DNA from: Desulfomicrobium sp.
GTDB taxonomy: Bacteria; Desulfobacterota; Desulfovibrionia; Desulfovibrionales; Desulfomicrobiaceae
DNA length: 64,000 nucleotides
Assembly: GCA_040768745.1 (NCBI GenBank)
Contig: JAXGMI010000001.1
Location: forward strand, 1,056,001-1,120,000
Reading direction: 5' to 3'
The notes under the pieces: generated by a model
Databases searched by the model: none
The model's input: only the letters and a program-made list of their open reading frames with translations
What the model was told of the DNA's origin: nothing
Translations under genes and position numbers: made by a program
In this document: piece by piece, positions 17,791-28,094 of the stretch
How the letters are laid out: every line of letters starts with the position of its first letter
Position numbering within the stretch: the first letter of the stretch is position 1

Positions 17791-20490
17791 TCATGCCTTG
17801 ACCGGTCGGTTGCGGACCCACTTCTCGGCCTCGATGATGGCGAAGGCGACGACGGAGGCGCCGACGATCTTGAGCCAGGGCAGGAGGTCGATGGGCGCGC
17901 TGCCGAAGAGGGTGTTCATGAACGGCACGTAGGTGAAGGCGAGCTGCAGGGCAATCATGAGGAAGAAGCCGCCGACCACCCAGGGATTGGTCCAGAACCC
18001 CAGGGCAAAGGGAGAGCGGACGAAGGACCGGCTGTTGAAGAGGTAGAACGCCTCGACCATGACGAAGACGTTGACGGCCACGGTGCGGGCCTGTTCCTGG
18101 TGCCCGGTGGTCTGCAGCTCCCATTCGTAGAGCCCGAAGGCCGCCAGGAGCAGGATCCCGCCGACCAGGAGGATGCGGATGATGAGCTCCGTGTCCAGGA
18201 TGGGCATGGCCGGGTCGCGCGGTGGGCGGTCCATGAGTCCGGGCTCCTTGGGCTCGAAGGCGAGCATGAGGCCCAGGCAGCCGGCCGTGGTCATGTTGAT
18301 CCACAGGATCTGTACCGGCAGGATGGGCAGGGCCACGCCCAGCAGGACGGCCACGAGGATGACCAGGCCCTCGCCCACGTTGGTCGGCAGGGTCCAGACG
18401 ATGAACTTGAGCAGGTTGTCGTACACGCCGCGTCCTTCCTCCACGGCGGCCTCGATGGTGGCGAAGTTGTCGTCGGTCAGGATCATGTCCGCGGCCTCCT
18501 TGGCCGCCTCGGTCCCGCCCTTGCCCATGGCCACGCCGATGTCGGCCTGCTTCAGGGCCGGGGCGTCGTTGACCCCGTCGCCGGTCATGGCCACGATCTC
18601 CCCGCGGCTCTGCAGGGCCATGACCAGCCTGAGCTTCTGGTCCGGGGCGACCCGGGCGAAGACCGTCGTGTCCGCGGCCCTGCCCACCAGTTCCTCGTCG
18701 GACATGCGGGCCATGTCCGCGCCGGTCAGGACCTGGCAGGTCGGTCGGCCGGGGCAGGTCTCGATGCCCAGGCCGAGCTGCACGCCGATGGCCGCCGCGG
18801 TGACGGCATGGTCGCCGGTGATCATCTTGACCTCGACCCCGGCCCGGTGGAAGGCGTTCACGGCCTGGACGGCCTCGGGGCGCGGCGGGTCAATCATGCC
18901 GGCCAGGCCGATGAAGACCAGCCCCGACACGAGGTCCCCGTGGGTCAGGTGGGCCGTGCCGGCAGGCAACTCCTTGAAGGCCATGGCCAGGACGCGCATG
19001 CCGTCCAGACCCAGGCGCTCCACCTCGGAGCGGATGCCTTCGGGGTCGAGGGCCGCCACGTTGCCGTCGGGCATCAGTTCCAGGGATGACCGTTCCAGGA
19101 CCGCCTCGACGGATCCTTTGAAGAAGGCCAGGCGCGGGGCATTCTCGCCCTGATTGTGCAGGGTGACCATGTACTGGTGTTCGGATTCAAAGGGCAGGGT
19201 GTCGACTCTGGGCAGTCGCCGGGCCTCATCCTCCTGCACCAGCCCGCCCTTGGCCGCGGCCACCAGGAGCGCCGCCTCTGTCGGGTCGCCGACGACCTTT
19301 TCGCCGCCTTCGGCATATTCGATGCGGGTGTCGTTGCACAGCAGGCCCGCGAGCAGGGTGTTGCGCAGGGCCAGGTTCCCGTCCCCGCCCTCGATGCCGC
19401 CCTCGGGCCTGTACCCCGTGCCGCTGACCGCATGGGCCTTGCGGCCCGCGAAGATGCTCGTGACGGTCATCTGGTTCTCGGTCAGGGTCCCGGTCTTGTC
19501 CGAACAGATGACCGAGGCGCCGCCCAGGGTCTCCACGGCCGGAAGCTTGCGGATGATGGCCCCGCGCGCGGCCATGCGCGAGACGCCCATGGCCAGGATG
19601 ACGGTCACCGCGGCAGGCAGGCCCTCGGGGATGGCGCCCACGGCCAGGGCTACGGCGGCCATGAACATCTCGGCCGCCTTTTCCCCGCGCATGATTCCGG
19701 CCACGAAGGTCAGGGCGGCCAGGCCGAGGATGGCCCACAGCAGCAGATGGCTGAAACTGGCGATCTTGCGGGTCAGGGGAGTGGCCAGTTCGTCGGCTTC
19801 GGAAACCATGGCCGAGATGCGGCCGATCTCGGTGTCGTCGCCTGTGGCCACGACCACGCCTGTGGCCTGGCCGTAGGTGACCAGGGTGGAGGCGTAGGCC
19901 ATGTTGCGGCGGTCGGCCAGGACGGTGTCGTGAGCCAGGGGTTCCACGGCCTTGCCCACGGGCACGGACTCGCCGGTCAGGGCGGACTCGTCCACGCGCA
20001 GGTCCTTGATGGCGATCAGCCGCAGGTCGGCCGGGATCTTGTCCCCGGAACGCAGGACCACGATGTCCCCGGGCACGAGCTCCACCGCGGCGACCCGGCG
20101 GAGGGCCCCGCTGCGGATGACCACGGCCTCGGTGACCATGGCCTTGGCCAGGGCCTCCAGGGCGCCGGCGGCCTTGGCCTCCTGGATGTATCCGACGACC
20201 GCGTTGACCAGGACCACGCCGACGATGACTGCGGCGTCCACGACCTCGCCCAGCGTGGCGGTGATGATGCCGGCGGCGATGAGGATGTAGACCAGGGGTT
20301 GGTGGAACTGCAGGAGGAACCGCTCCAGTTTGGTCCTGCCCTTGGTGGCCGTCAGGGCGTTGGGGCCGAAATGTTCGGTCCGGCGCTTGATTTCGAAGGT
20401 GTCCAGGCCGTTGTCGGGGTGGACCTGCAGCAGTTCCACCGTTTCGGCGGTCGAGATGTGGTGCCACAGCTTTTCGGTGAAGAAATCCAT
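17791..20490 (-). CDS. Cation-transporting P-type ATPase (P2A, Ca2+-type)
   Basis: TGES, IPEGL, DKTGTLT, MITGDH, TGDGVNDAPALK. Confidence 0.95.
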   Translation of the reverse strand: MDFFTEKLWHHISTAETVELLQVHPDNGLDTFEIKRRTEHFGPNALTATKGRTKLERFLLQFHQPLVYILIAAGIITATLGEVVDAAVIVGVVLVNAVVGYIQEAKAAGALEALAKAMVTEAVVIRSGALRRVAAVELVPGDIVVLRSGDKIPADLRLIAIKDLRVDESALTGESVPVGKAVEPLAHDTVLADRRNMAYASTLVTYGQATGVVVATGDDTEIGRISAMVSEADELATPLTRKIASFSHLLLWAILGLAALTFVAGIMRGEKAAEMFMAAVALAVGAIPEGLPAAVTVILAMGVSRMAARGAIIRKLPAVETLGGASVICSDKTGTLTENQMTVTSIFAGRKAHAVSGTGYRPEGGIEGGDGNLALRNTLLAGLLCNDTRIEYAEGGEKVVGDPTEAALLVAAAKGGLVQEDEARRLPRVDTLPFESEHQYMVTLHNQGENAPRLAFFKGSVEAVLERSSLELMPDGNVAALDPEGIRSEVERLGLDGMRVLAMAFKELPAGTAHLTHGDLVSGLVFIGLAGMIDPPRPEAVQAVNAFHRAGVEVKMITGDHAVTAAAIGVQLGLGIETCPGRPTCQVLTGADMARMSDEELVGRAADTTVFARVAPDQKLRLVMALQSRGEIVAMTGDGVNDAPALKQADIGVAMGKGGTEAAKEAADMILTDDNFATIEAAVEEGRGVYDNLLKFIVWTLPTNVGEGLVILVAVLLGVALPILPVQILWINMTTAGCLGLMLAFEPKEPGLMDRPPRDPAMPILDTELIIRILLVGGILLLAAFGLYEWELQTTGHQEQARTVAVNVFVMVEAFYLFNSRSFVRSPFALGFWTNPWVVGGFFLMIALQLAFTYVPFMNTLFGSAPIDLLPWLKIVGASVVAFAIIEAEKWVRNRPVKA

Positions 20491-20686
20491 ATCGTCAGCT
20501 CCTTGGTTCCCGTTGAGTGCCCGTCCGATGAGGCAGTCCGGGATTTTGCTTTATACCGCAGGAATGGGAAAATCTCAAGGCGGAGGCGCTTTCCACTCCG
20601 GTCTGCGCCGAATCTTTCGTTGAAGGCCGTCCGGTTGGGCCGTATGATCCCATGGACCCCAGCACCCTGAGACGAGGACAGGATAT

Positions 20687-21856
20687 ATGCATTCCAAGGC
20701 ATTCAAAGATGTTGTGCATGTGCAGGCCCTATCAGGCACAGGGATCGCCATGGCCCTGGTGCTGGCCCAGATTGTGGCCAACACGGAGCTCCACAATCTG
20801 TTCGCCCCCCTCCGGGGCGGCCTGACCCTGACCATGGGGGACGCGGCCCTGACCATGCCTGCCGGGCAGTGGATCAGCTCTGCCCTGCTGACCCTGGTCT
20901 TTCTCCTGGCGGGCTTGGAGTGCAAACGCGGTTTTCTGGACGGTGAGCTGGCAGGGCCCGACCGGCTCAGGCTCCCGGCCCTGGGTGCCCTTGGCGGGGT
21001 TACGGTCCCGGCCGTGATCCATGCCGGATTGAACTGGGCGGATCCGGCCTTGGCCGGGGCCTGGGCCATTCCGGCCGGCACGGACATGGCCCTGGGTCTG
21101 GGCTTCCTGGCCCTGTTCGGGGACAGGGCCCCCGGATCGATGAAGCTGCTGTATCTGACCACCGCCCTGTTCATGAACATTGCCACCCTGGTGTGCACGG
21201 CCGGTGTGCAGTTCTTGCACCTTCCCACGTCCACCCTGGTCGTGGCCGGAGGATGCCTGGCCCTGCTGGCAGGCATGAACTGGGCCAGGGTGGGTGCGTT
21301 TTCGCTGTACGCGGTGGTCGGCGGCGTGCTCTGGGGGGCGTTGGTCCCCCTGGGTGTCCCGGCCGCGCTGGCCGCGCTGGCCGTGGCCGCGTTCGTCCCC
21401 ATGTACGACGGGGAACGAACCTTGCTAGCGGAAATCGAACAGGATGTGCACCGGGCCGTGGGTTTTGTGGTCCTGCCGGTCCTGGCCTTCGTCAATGCCG
21501 GGGTCGCCCTGCACGAATTGCCGCCCCTGGTTTCGCACTGGTCCCTGGGTCTCGGGTTGGGGCTGTTTGTGGGCAAGCAGGCGGGTATTTTCGGCCTGTG
21601 CTGGCTGGGGACGCGGATGGGGTTCTGCGCCCTGCCTCCCGGGGTGAGCTGGCTGGAGATGTACGGAGTGGCCCTTCTGGGGGGCATCGGCGGGACCATG
21701 AGCCTTTCCTTCGGGGGGATGCTCGGTGCCGGTGCTGCGCCCCTGGCGTTGACCCGCGCAGCCGTTCTGCTGGGATCGATGGCCTCGGCCGTGGTGGGGT
21801 ATCTCGTGCTCCGCAGAGCCCTGTCCCAGCGCCGCAACAAGGCCCTGCGCCGATAG
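20687..21856 (+). CDS. nhaA: NhaA-family Na+/H+ antiporter homologue (atypical: lacks the catalytic Asp-Asp pair)
   Basis: GLECKR, LPALGALGG, WAIPAGTDMA, PVLAFVNAGV, VGKQAGI, GIGGTMSL, GSMAS. Confidence 0.8.
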   Translation: MHSKAFKDVVHVQALSGTGIAMALVLAQIVANTELHNLFAPLRGGLTLTMGDAALTMPAGQWISSALLTLVFLLAGLECKRGFLDGELAGPDRLRLPALGALGGVTVPAVIHAGLNWADPALAGAWAIPAGTDMALGLGFLALFGDRAPGSMKLLYLTTALFMNIATLVCTAGVQFLHLPTSTLVVAGGCLALLAGMNWARVGAFSLYAVVGGVLWGALVPLGVPAALAALAVAAFVPMYDGERTLLAEIEQDVHRAVGFVVLPVLAFVNAGVALHELPPLVSHWSLGLGLGLFVGKQAGIFGLCWLGTRMGFCALPPGVSWLEMYGVALLGGIGGTMSLSFGGMLGAGAAPLALTRAAVLLGSMASAVVGYLVLRRALSQRRNKALRR

Positions 21857-21871
21857 GAAAAGGAGGTATGC

Positions 21872-22234
21872 ATGTTCATGGTTCGTTGGATCGTTGCGAT
21901 CCTGGTTCTCGCCTTTGTGCAGGGATGCGTCATCGCGCCGGCCGCCCCGGATCGGCAGGGCCCACCGGCCCAAGCCCCGGCCCAGGGGTACAGGAGCCAG
22001 CACCGCTATTTCTATTACCCGGAAGCGAGCGTGTATTTCGATCTGGACCGCAGGGTATACTTTTATCTGGACAGCGGGTGGCGCAGTGCCATGGTTCTGC
22101 CGCAGCACCTGCAGATCCGCCTCGGGGCCCCGGTGACGTTGCAGATCGGCGACGCCATGCCCTACCGCTATTATGACGAACACAGGCACACGTACCCCCC
22201 GGGCCAGCCCAGGAAGAACACCAAGTGGCAATGA
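21872..22234 (+). CDS. Putative lipoprotein
   Basis: RBS AGGAGG; lipobox-like VQGC; YFYYPEASVYFD. Confidence 0.7.
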   Translation: MFMVRWIVAILVLAFVQGCVIAPAAPDRQGPPAQAPAQGYRSQHRYFYYPEASVYFDLDRRVYFYLDSGWRSAMVLPQHLQIRLGAPVTLQIGDAMPYRYYDEHRHTYPPGQPRKNTKWQ

Positions 22235-22926
22235 GTCAGGCGGGGTGGAGACTGGTCGAGAGCGGGCCCGGATTCCTTGTGGTGCACAAGGCTCCGGGCC
22301 TTGATGTGCACGACCGCGGCCCGGAGCCGGGCCTGTGCACCCTGGTTCGGGAGGCCCTGGGCCGGCCCGTCTGGCCGGTGCATCGCCTGGACAAGGACAC
22401 CTCGGGCCTTCTGCTCCTGGCCGTGGAGCGGGAGGCGGCCGCGGACCTGGCCGCGCTGTTCCGGAATCGGATGGTGGAGAAATACTATGTGGCCCTGGCG
22501 GACCAGGCCCCGACCAGGAAACAGGGTCTGGTCCAGGGCGACATGGTCCGTTCCCGCCGCGGATCCTGGAAACTCACGCGCACCCTGTACAACCCGGCCC
22601 GGACCAGATTCATGAGCTGGTCCGTGAGGCCAGGGCTCCGCCTTTTCGTCCTCAAGCCCCTGACCGGCCGCACCCACCAGCTCCGCGTGGCCCTCAAGTC
22701 CCTGGGCGCGCCCATCCTGGGCGACGGGATCTACCACCCCCGGGTTCCGGACTGGCCGGACCGCATGTACCTGCACGCCCACACCCTGCGTTTCGACCTG
22801 AACGGCTGCATGTTCCGCTACAGCTGCCCTCCGGCCCAGGGCGTGCATTTTCTGGAACCGCGCGTGGCCGCCGCCCTGCATGCCCTGGGACCTCCGGAAG
22901 ACCTGCCCTGGCCCGGCAGAGGCTGA
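22231..22926 (+). CDS. RluA-family pseudouridine synthase
   Basis: VHRLDKDTSGLLL, TGRTHQLRV, PILGD, MYLHA. Confidence 0.9.
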   Translation: MSQAGWRLVESGPGFLVVHKAPGLDVHDRGPEPGLCTLVREALGRPVWPVHRLDKDTSGLLLLAVEREAAADLAALFRNRMVEKYYVALADQAPTRKQGLVQGDMVRSRRGSWKLTRTLYNPARTRFMSWSVRPGLRLFVLKPLTGRTHQLRVALKSLGAPILGDGIYHPRVPDWPDRMYLHAHTLRFDLNGCMFRYSCPPAQGVHFLEPRVAAALHALGPPEDLPWPGRG

Positions 22927-22957
22927 AGCCCCGGACACACCGCGCGGGGCGTCTTTT
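22927..22957 (+). terminator. Probable intrinsic terminator
   Basis: GCCCCG...CGGGGC stem followed by GTCTTTT, directly after the stop codon. Confidence 0.4.
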
Positions 22958-23055
22958 GGACCTTGACAAGTCCCCGATCGCGTGCGCTACCCCACGATGA
23001 CCGCCGCGCCCCCTTTCCCCGGTTCCGGGCCAACCTTTCACCCATCGATGCACGC

Positions 23056-25017
23056 ATGAACACAGCACACCCTCCCGAGATCCTCGCCCCGGCCGGGAAC
23101 GCAGACAGCTTCCTGGCCGCCGTGGCGGCAGGAGCCGACGCAGTCTATTGCGGGTTGAAGAATTTTTCGGCCCGCATGGAGGCCGAGAATTTCTCCCTGA
23201 CCGAACTGGCATCCCTGACCGAACTGGCCCACGCCAAGGGCACGCGGGTGCATGTGGCCGTCAACAACCTGCTCAAGACCCCGGAACTGGATCAGGCCGG
23301 CCGCCTCATCCAGCGCCTGGCCCGGCAGGTGCGCCCCGACGCCCTCATCGTCCAGGACCTCGGCCTGCCGGCCCTGGCCCGGCAGGCCGGGTTCACGGGG
23401 GAACTGCACCTCTCCACCCTGGCCAACGCCGGGACGGTCTCCGGATTGGAGCAGATCGCAGGTCTTGGCGTGAGCAGGGTGGTCCTCCCGCGCGAGCTGT
23501 CCATCGACGAGATCAAGGCCGTCGCGGCGCGGTGTCCCCAGGGTCTGACCCTGGAGGTCTTCGTGCACGGCGCCCTCTGCTACGCCGTGTCCGGACGATG
23601 CTACTGGTCCAGCTACCTGGGGGGCAAGAGCAGCCTGCGCGGGCGCTGCGTGCAGCCCTGCCGCCGCCAGTACCAGCAGAAGAACCAGAAGCTGCCCTTT
23701 TTCTCCTGCGACGACCTGTCCGTGGACGTGCTGGTCCGGCCCTTGGCCGGCATTGAACAGGTCACCTCCTGGAAGATCGAGGGCCGCAAGAAAGGTCCCC
23801 ACTACGTGTACCACACGGTCACGGCCTACCGCATGCTGCGCGACAGCGGCAACGACCCTGCCCAGCGCAAGACGGCCCTGGCCCTGCTGGACATGGCCCT
23901 GGGTCGGCCGTCCTCGCACTACAATTTCCTCGGGCACAGACCCTCCAACCCCATCGCGGACCGGGAGCAGACCGGCTCGGGCCGCCTGGTGGCCAAGGTC
24001 CAGGGCGGGGCCAAGGCCTATCTTTCCCCCCGCGAACCCCTCAAGGGTGGGGACCTCCTGCGCGTCGGCTACGAGGACCAGGCCGGGCACCAGATCGTGA
24101 AGATCCGGCGGGACGTGCCCAAGGGTGGCCGCCTGGATCTGCCCAAAGACCAGGGTCGGCCGCCGGCCACCGGGACCCCTGTCTTCCTGGTGGACCGCAG
24201 GGAGCGGGAGCTGCAGCAGATCCTGTCCGGACTGCGCCAGGAGTTGACCCCCGGGCCGCCGACCCGGGAGTCCACCTTCACCGCGGCCTTGCCCAGGGGA
24301 AAAAAGCACAAGGGCGCGCCCCGCGAAATGGATGTCTGGCGCGTGCTGCCCGGCAGGCTGGGGAACCAGAGCGAGCAGGCCGTGTGGCTTACACCCGGGG
24401 TGGAACGGAACATCTCCCGCACTGTTTTCGGACGCATCTGGTGGTGGCTGCCACCCGTGGTCTGGCCCGGGGAAGAGAAGGCCTGGGGGGAATGCCTGGA
24501 CACCATGACCCGTCTGGGCGCCCGACAGTTTGTCCTGAATGCCCCCTGGCAGATGGGGCTGTTCGCCCGGCCCGGGCGGAGCGTCTTTTGGGCCGGGCCC
24601 ATGTGTAACGCGTCCAACCCCTTGGCCCTGGCCGAACTGGCCGGCATGGGATTCGCCGGGGCTTTTGCCAGTCCGGAACTGGACGCCGGGGGCTTCCTGG
24701 AGCTTCCGGCCTCCTCGCCCCTGCCCCTCGGCGTCCTGGTCCGGGGCATCCACCCCCTGTGCGTGTCCCGCATTCGTTCCGAGAACCTGCGCGAGCGGGA
24801 GCCGTTCCAGAGCCCCAGGGGAGAGCAATTCTGGTCCAGGACCTATGGCCGCCTGGTGTGGACCTTTCCCAACTGGGAACTGGACCTGAGCGCCAAGTGG
24901 GCGGAACTGGAGAAGGCCGGGTATGCGCTGTTCGCCCGCCTGCACGAACCCGTGCCGGACAAGGTCGCACTCAAGGACCGCCCGGGGCTGTGGAACTGGG
25001 ATCTGAAAATGCTCTAG
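23056..25017 (+). CDS. Peptidase U32-family protein (RlhA-like Fe-S RNA hydroxylation protein)
   Basis: PEILAPAG, GADAVYCG, VLPRELS, HGALCYAVSGRCYWS, RGRCVQPCR, KIEGR. Confidence 0.88.
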   Translation: MNTAHPPEILAPAGNADSFLAAVAAGADAVYCGLKNFSARMEAENFSLTELASLTELAHAKGTRVHVAVNNLLKTPELDQAGRLIQRLARQVRPDALIVQDLGLPALARQAGFTGELHLSTLANAGTVSGLEQIAGLGVSRVVLPRELSIDEIKAVAARCPQGLTLEVFVHGALCYAVSGRCYWSSYLGGKSSLRGRCVQPCRRQYQQKNQKLPFFSCDDLSVDVLVRPLAGIEQVTSWKIEGRKKGPHYVYHTVTAYRMLRDSGNDPAQRKTALALLDMALGRPSSHYNFLGHRPSNPIADREQTGSGRLVAKVQGGAKAYLSPREPLKGGDLLRVGYEDQAGHQIVKIRRDVPKGGRLDLPKDQGRPPATGTPVFLVDRRERELQQILSGLRQELTPGPPTRESTFTAALPRGKKHKGAPREMDVWRVLPGRLGNQSEQAVWLTPGVERNISRTVFGRIWWWLPPVVWPGEEKAWGECLDTMTRLGARQFVLNAPWQMGLFARPGRSVFWAGPMCNASNPLALAELAGMGFAGAFASPELDAGGFLELPASSPLPLGVLVRGIHPLCVSRIRSENLREREPFQSPRGEQFWSRTYGRLVWTFPNWELDLSAKWAELEKAGYALFARLHEPVPDKVALKDRPGLWNWDLKML

Positions 25018-25337
25018 TCCCGGCTGCCCGTATCCATCCTGCAGGGCAATGGTCACGTCCTGGCCCCACGGGGCCGGCGTCCCCACATATCGGCTTGCCG
25101 CAGGGGCGAGGGGACGGCCCTGGCTGCTGAATGGACAACGCGGCCGGCGGCCTCCGACGAGCCTTGGGCGGGCCCGTCTCAGCCGCCAGCTGTTCGTGTC
25201 CATCATGCCGTGGAAATTCTGCCGAACCCGACGCACACGACTCTGCAGGCCGGAAATGAACAGGCGAGGATGCAGTCTGTCTGTGCGGTGTGCATCGATG
25301 AATTGAATCTACAAAGCATCAAGAATCCATGAAGTTC

Positions 25338-25367
25338 ATGTAAGACAAAAAAAATTATGTCTTACAT
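25338..25367. promoter_or_regulatory. Perfect 10-bp inverted repeat in the AT-rich comEA promoter region (candidate operator)
   Basis: ATGTAAGACA-N10-TGTCTTACAT. Confidence 0.5.
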
Positions 25368-25437
25368 TATAAATTTCTTTGCATTTTAAAAAATATGTAT
25401 GCTATGCGGGCCATAAAATTCCTATAAGGAGGATTTC

Positions 25438-25728
25438 ATGATGGCTCGACTGATGAAACTGGTTGTTGTTCTGCTTGTGTGTGGTATTTTTTTCTGCGCT
25501 CCGGCATTCGCCCAGGACAAGGTCAACATCAACACCGCCTCGGTGGAGCAGTTGACGACCCTCCCGGGGATCGGACCGGCCATCGCGGCCAAGATCGTGG
25601 AGCATCGCGAGGGCCATGCCTTTGCCAACGTGGAACAGGTCCTGGATGTGAAGGGCATCGGGCAGGCCAAGTACAATGCCATCAAGGACCTGATCACGGT
25701 CGGGGAGCCGGCGGCCAAGAAGCAGTGA
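25438..25728 (+). CDS. comEA: ComEA-family helix-hairpin-helix DNA-binding protein
   Basis: Signal peptide; KVNINTAS, LPGIGP, VKGIG. Confidence 0.88.
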   Translation: MMARLMKLVVVLLVCGIFFCAPAFAQDKVNINTASVEQLTTLPGIGPAIAAKIVEHREGHAFANVEQVLDVKGIGQAKYNAIKDLITVGEPAAKKQ

Positions 25729-25845
25729 CCGTCCCGCTGGTTCATCCAGGCCCGGGTCTCCCGGGCCTGAGCCCGGGCAGAGGATGGGTGCGATGTGGCG
25801 CGAACTGACGACCGGCGGCCACCCCCCTTCCCGGATACATGCAGC

Positions 25846-25884
25846 ATCGGCCCTTCCCACGGCGGGAGGGGCCGATTTATTTTT
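25846..25884 (+). terminator. Intrinsic terminator downstream of comEA
   Basis: ATCGGCCCTTCCC-ACGGC-GGGAGGGGCCGAT followed by TTATTTTT. Confidence 0.65.
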
Positions 25885-25928
25885 CCGTTCCCCTTGCATA
25901 TCGTTCAAAATATCTGTACGAAATCCCC

Positions 25929-26453
25929 ATGCTCTCGCAACTCTTCACCTCCAAGACGCGCATCCAATTGCTGCTCAAGCTGTTCCTCAACCCGGACGTG
26001 TCCTGCTACCTGCGCGAGCTGGCCACGGAATTCGGGGTTTCGCCCAACGCGGTGAAGGAAGAACTCGATAGCCTGACCCAGGCCGGGTACCTCGAAAAAA
26101 AGAAAAAGGGCCGCTCCCTGTTCTTCCGGGCCAACACCGGACATCCCATTTTTCCGGAACTGCACTCCATCGTCAAAAAGAGTCTGGGCATCGACCGGGT
26201 CATCGAACAGGTCCGCGAGGATCTGGGCGATGTGAATGCCGTCTATATTCTCGACGATTACGCCCTGGGCAAGGACTCGGGCCTCATCGACCTGCTCATC
26301 GTTGGCGAGGTCAAGGCCGATCGGCTGCGGGAGTATGTGCGCCTGACCGAAGGCAAGATCAGGCGCAAGCTGCGGGTCATGGTCGTCGGGGTGGAGGAGT
26401 TCGCGGGTTCGAAGCGGACTTTTCTGCAACGACCGCACTGGAAGGTGGTGTGA
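25929..26453 (+). CDS. Winged-HTH (ArsR-like) protein with a degenerate nucleotidyltransferase-like C-terminal domain
   Basis: LFTSKTRIQLL..YLRELATEFGVSPNAVKEEL; C-terminal DDYALGKDSGLIDLLIVG. Confidence 0.75.
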   Translation: MLSQLFTSKTRIQLLLKLFLNPDVSCYLRELATEFGVSPNAVKEELDSLTQAGYLEKKKKGRSLFFRANTGHPIFPELHSIVKKSLGIDRVIEQVREDLGDVNAVYILDDYALGKDSGLIDLLIVGEVKADRLREYVRLTEGKIRRKLRVMVVGVEEFAGSKRTFLQRPHWKVV

Positions 26454-26480
26454 TTGGTGATGCATCGGGGAGATGAAGGC

Positions 26481-26798
26481 ATGGATTGCGCAAAAGCTTC
26501 CGTGATTCAGGATGTCAGGAAGTATATCGCCGTTCTTCGAGAAAACGGAATTTCTGTGGATAAGGCTCTGCTATTTGGATCTTGGGCCAAAGGAACGGCA
26601 CGGGAAGAAAGCGATGTGGATGTAGCTTTGGTTTCCTCTTTTTTTACAGGTGACCGTTTCATGGACAGGCGCAAAATTGTTCCGCTTCGCAGAAAGATAA
26701 ACAATAATATCGAGCCAATTCCTTTCCGTCCGGAAGATTTCGCCGCAGGAGGGGTTCTTGTGGAAGAAATCAGAAAGTATGGAGAGGAAATTGTGTAA
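26481..26798 (+). CDS. Minimal nucleotidyltransferase (MNT), orphan
   Basis: LFGSWAKGTAREESDVD (GS-X10-DXD); lower GC than neighbours; no adjacent HEPN gene. Confidence 0.85.
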   Translation: MDCAKASVIQDVRKYIAVLRENGISVDKALLFGSWAKGTAREESDVDVALVSSFFTGDRFMDRRKIVPLRRKINNNIEPIPFRPEDFAAGGVLVEEIRKYGEEIV

Positions 26799-26861
26799 GA
26801 GTGATGCGTATTTTGAGATCAAGACAAGGAAGAAGAGATGCAGCCAATTGACGTTACGTGG

Positions 26862-27956
26862 ATGAATACGCCCAAGATAGCCCTCATCACCGGCATCACC
26901 GGCCAGGACGGCGCCTATCTGGCCGAGTTCCTGCTGGCCAAGGGCTACGAGGTGCACGGCATCAAGCGCCGGGCCTCGCTCTTCAACACGGACCGCATCG
27001 ATCACCTCTACCAGGACCCCCACGAGAAGGGCCGCCGCTTCGTCCTGCATTACGGGGACCTGACCGACGCGTCCAACCTGATCCGCATCATCCAGCAGGT
27101 CCAGCCCGATGAGATCTACAACCTGGCGGCCCAGTCCCACGTGCAGGTGTCCTTCGAGACGCCGGAGTACACGGCCAACGTCGACGCCCTGGGCGCCCTG
27201 CGCATGCTGGAGGCCATCCGCATCCTGGGCCTGGAAAAAAGGACGCGCTTCTACCAGGCCTCCACGTCGGAGCTGTACGGCCTGGTGCAGGAGGTCCCCC
27301 AGACCGAGAAAACGCCCTTCTACCCTCGCTCTCCCTACGCCTGCGCCAAGCTCTACGCCTACTGGATCACGGTGAACTATCGCGAGGCCTACGGCATGTT
27401 CGCCTGCAACGGCATCCTCTTCAACCACGAGTCGCCGGTCCGCGGCGAGACCTTCGTCACCCGCAAGATCACCCGCGGCCTGGCCCGGATTCACCTCGGC
27501 CTGCAGGACTGCCTGTACCTGGGCAACCTGAACGCCCTGCGCGACTGGGGCCACGCCAGGGACTACGTGGAGATGCAGTGGCTCATGCTTCAGCAGGAGG
27601 AGCCCGATGACTACGTCATCGCCACGGGCGAGCAGCACTCGGTGCGCGAGTTCGTGCAGGCCGCGGCCGGCGAGCTGGGCATGACCGTCGAATTTTCAGG
27701 CCAGGGCGTGGATGAGAGGGGCGTCAATCCGGCCAACGGCAGGACCGTGGTGGCCGTGGACCCGCGCTATTTCCGCCCCACGGAGGTGGAGACCCTGCTG
27801 GGCGACCCGTCCAAGGGCAAGGAGAAGCTAGGGTGGAAGCCGAGGGTCACGTTTCGTGAACTGGTCGGTGAGATGGTTCGGGCTGATCTGGAAGAAGCGA
27901 AAAAGGAAGAGCTGTGCGTGCGGGCGGGGTTTTGCGTCAATACGCCGCAGGAATGA
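26862..27956 (+). CDS. gmd: GDP-mannose 4,6-dehydratase
   Basis: [45 protein letters not shown]. Confidence 0.97.
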   Translation: MNTPKIALITGITGQDGAYLAEFLLAKGYEVHGIKRRASLFNTDRIDHLYQDPHEKGRRFVLHYGDLTDASNLIRIIQQVQPDEIYNLAAQSHVQVSFETPEYTANVDALGALRMLEAIRILGLEKRTRFYQASTSELYGLVQEVPQTEKTPFYPRSPYACAKLYAYWITVNYREAYGMFACNGILFNHESPVRGETFVTRKITRGLARIHLGLQDCLYLGNLNALRDWGHARDYVEMQWLMLQQEEPDDYVIATGEQHSVREFVQAAAGELGMTVEFSGQGVDERGVNPANGRTVVAVDPRYFRPTEVETLLGDPSKGKEKLGWKPRVTFRELVGEMVRADLEEAKKEELCVRAGFCVNTPQE

Positions 27957-28094
27957 GGCGGTTGTTCAGTTCCCGTCTGCGTGGGATGCCGGCAACCACC
28001 GAGCGGATCGGGCAGCAAAATATGCGGCCAGTAAGGACGACTTAGTCTGTAGTTATCCTTGTCAGAAGGACAATTTTTGTAATAATTGTTTCTC

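Noticed and set aside
28056..28070. TCCTT-N5-AAGGA palindrome upstream of the AAA_14 gene
   Set aside because: Arms of 5 bp are too short to distinguish from chance.
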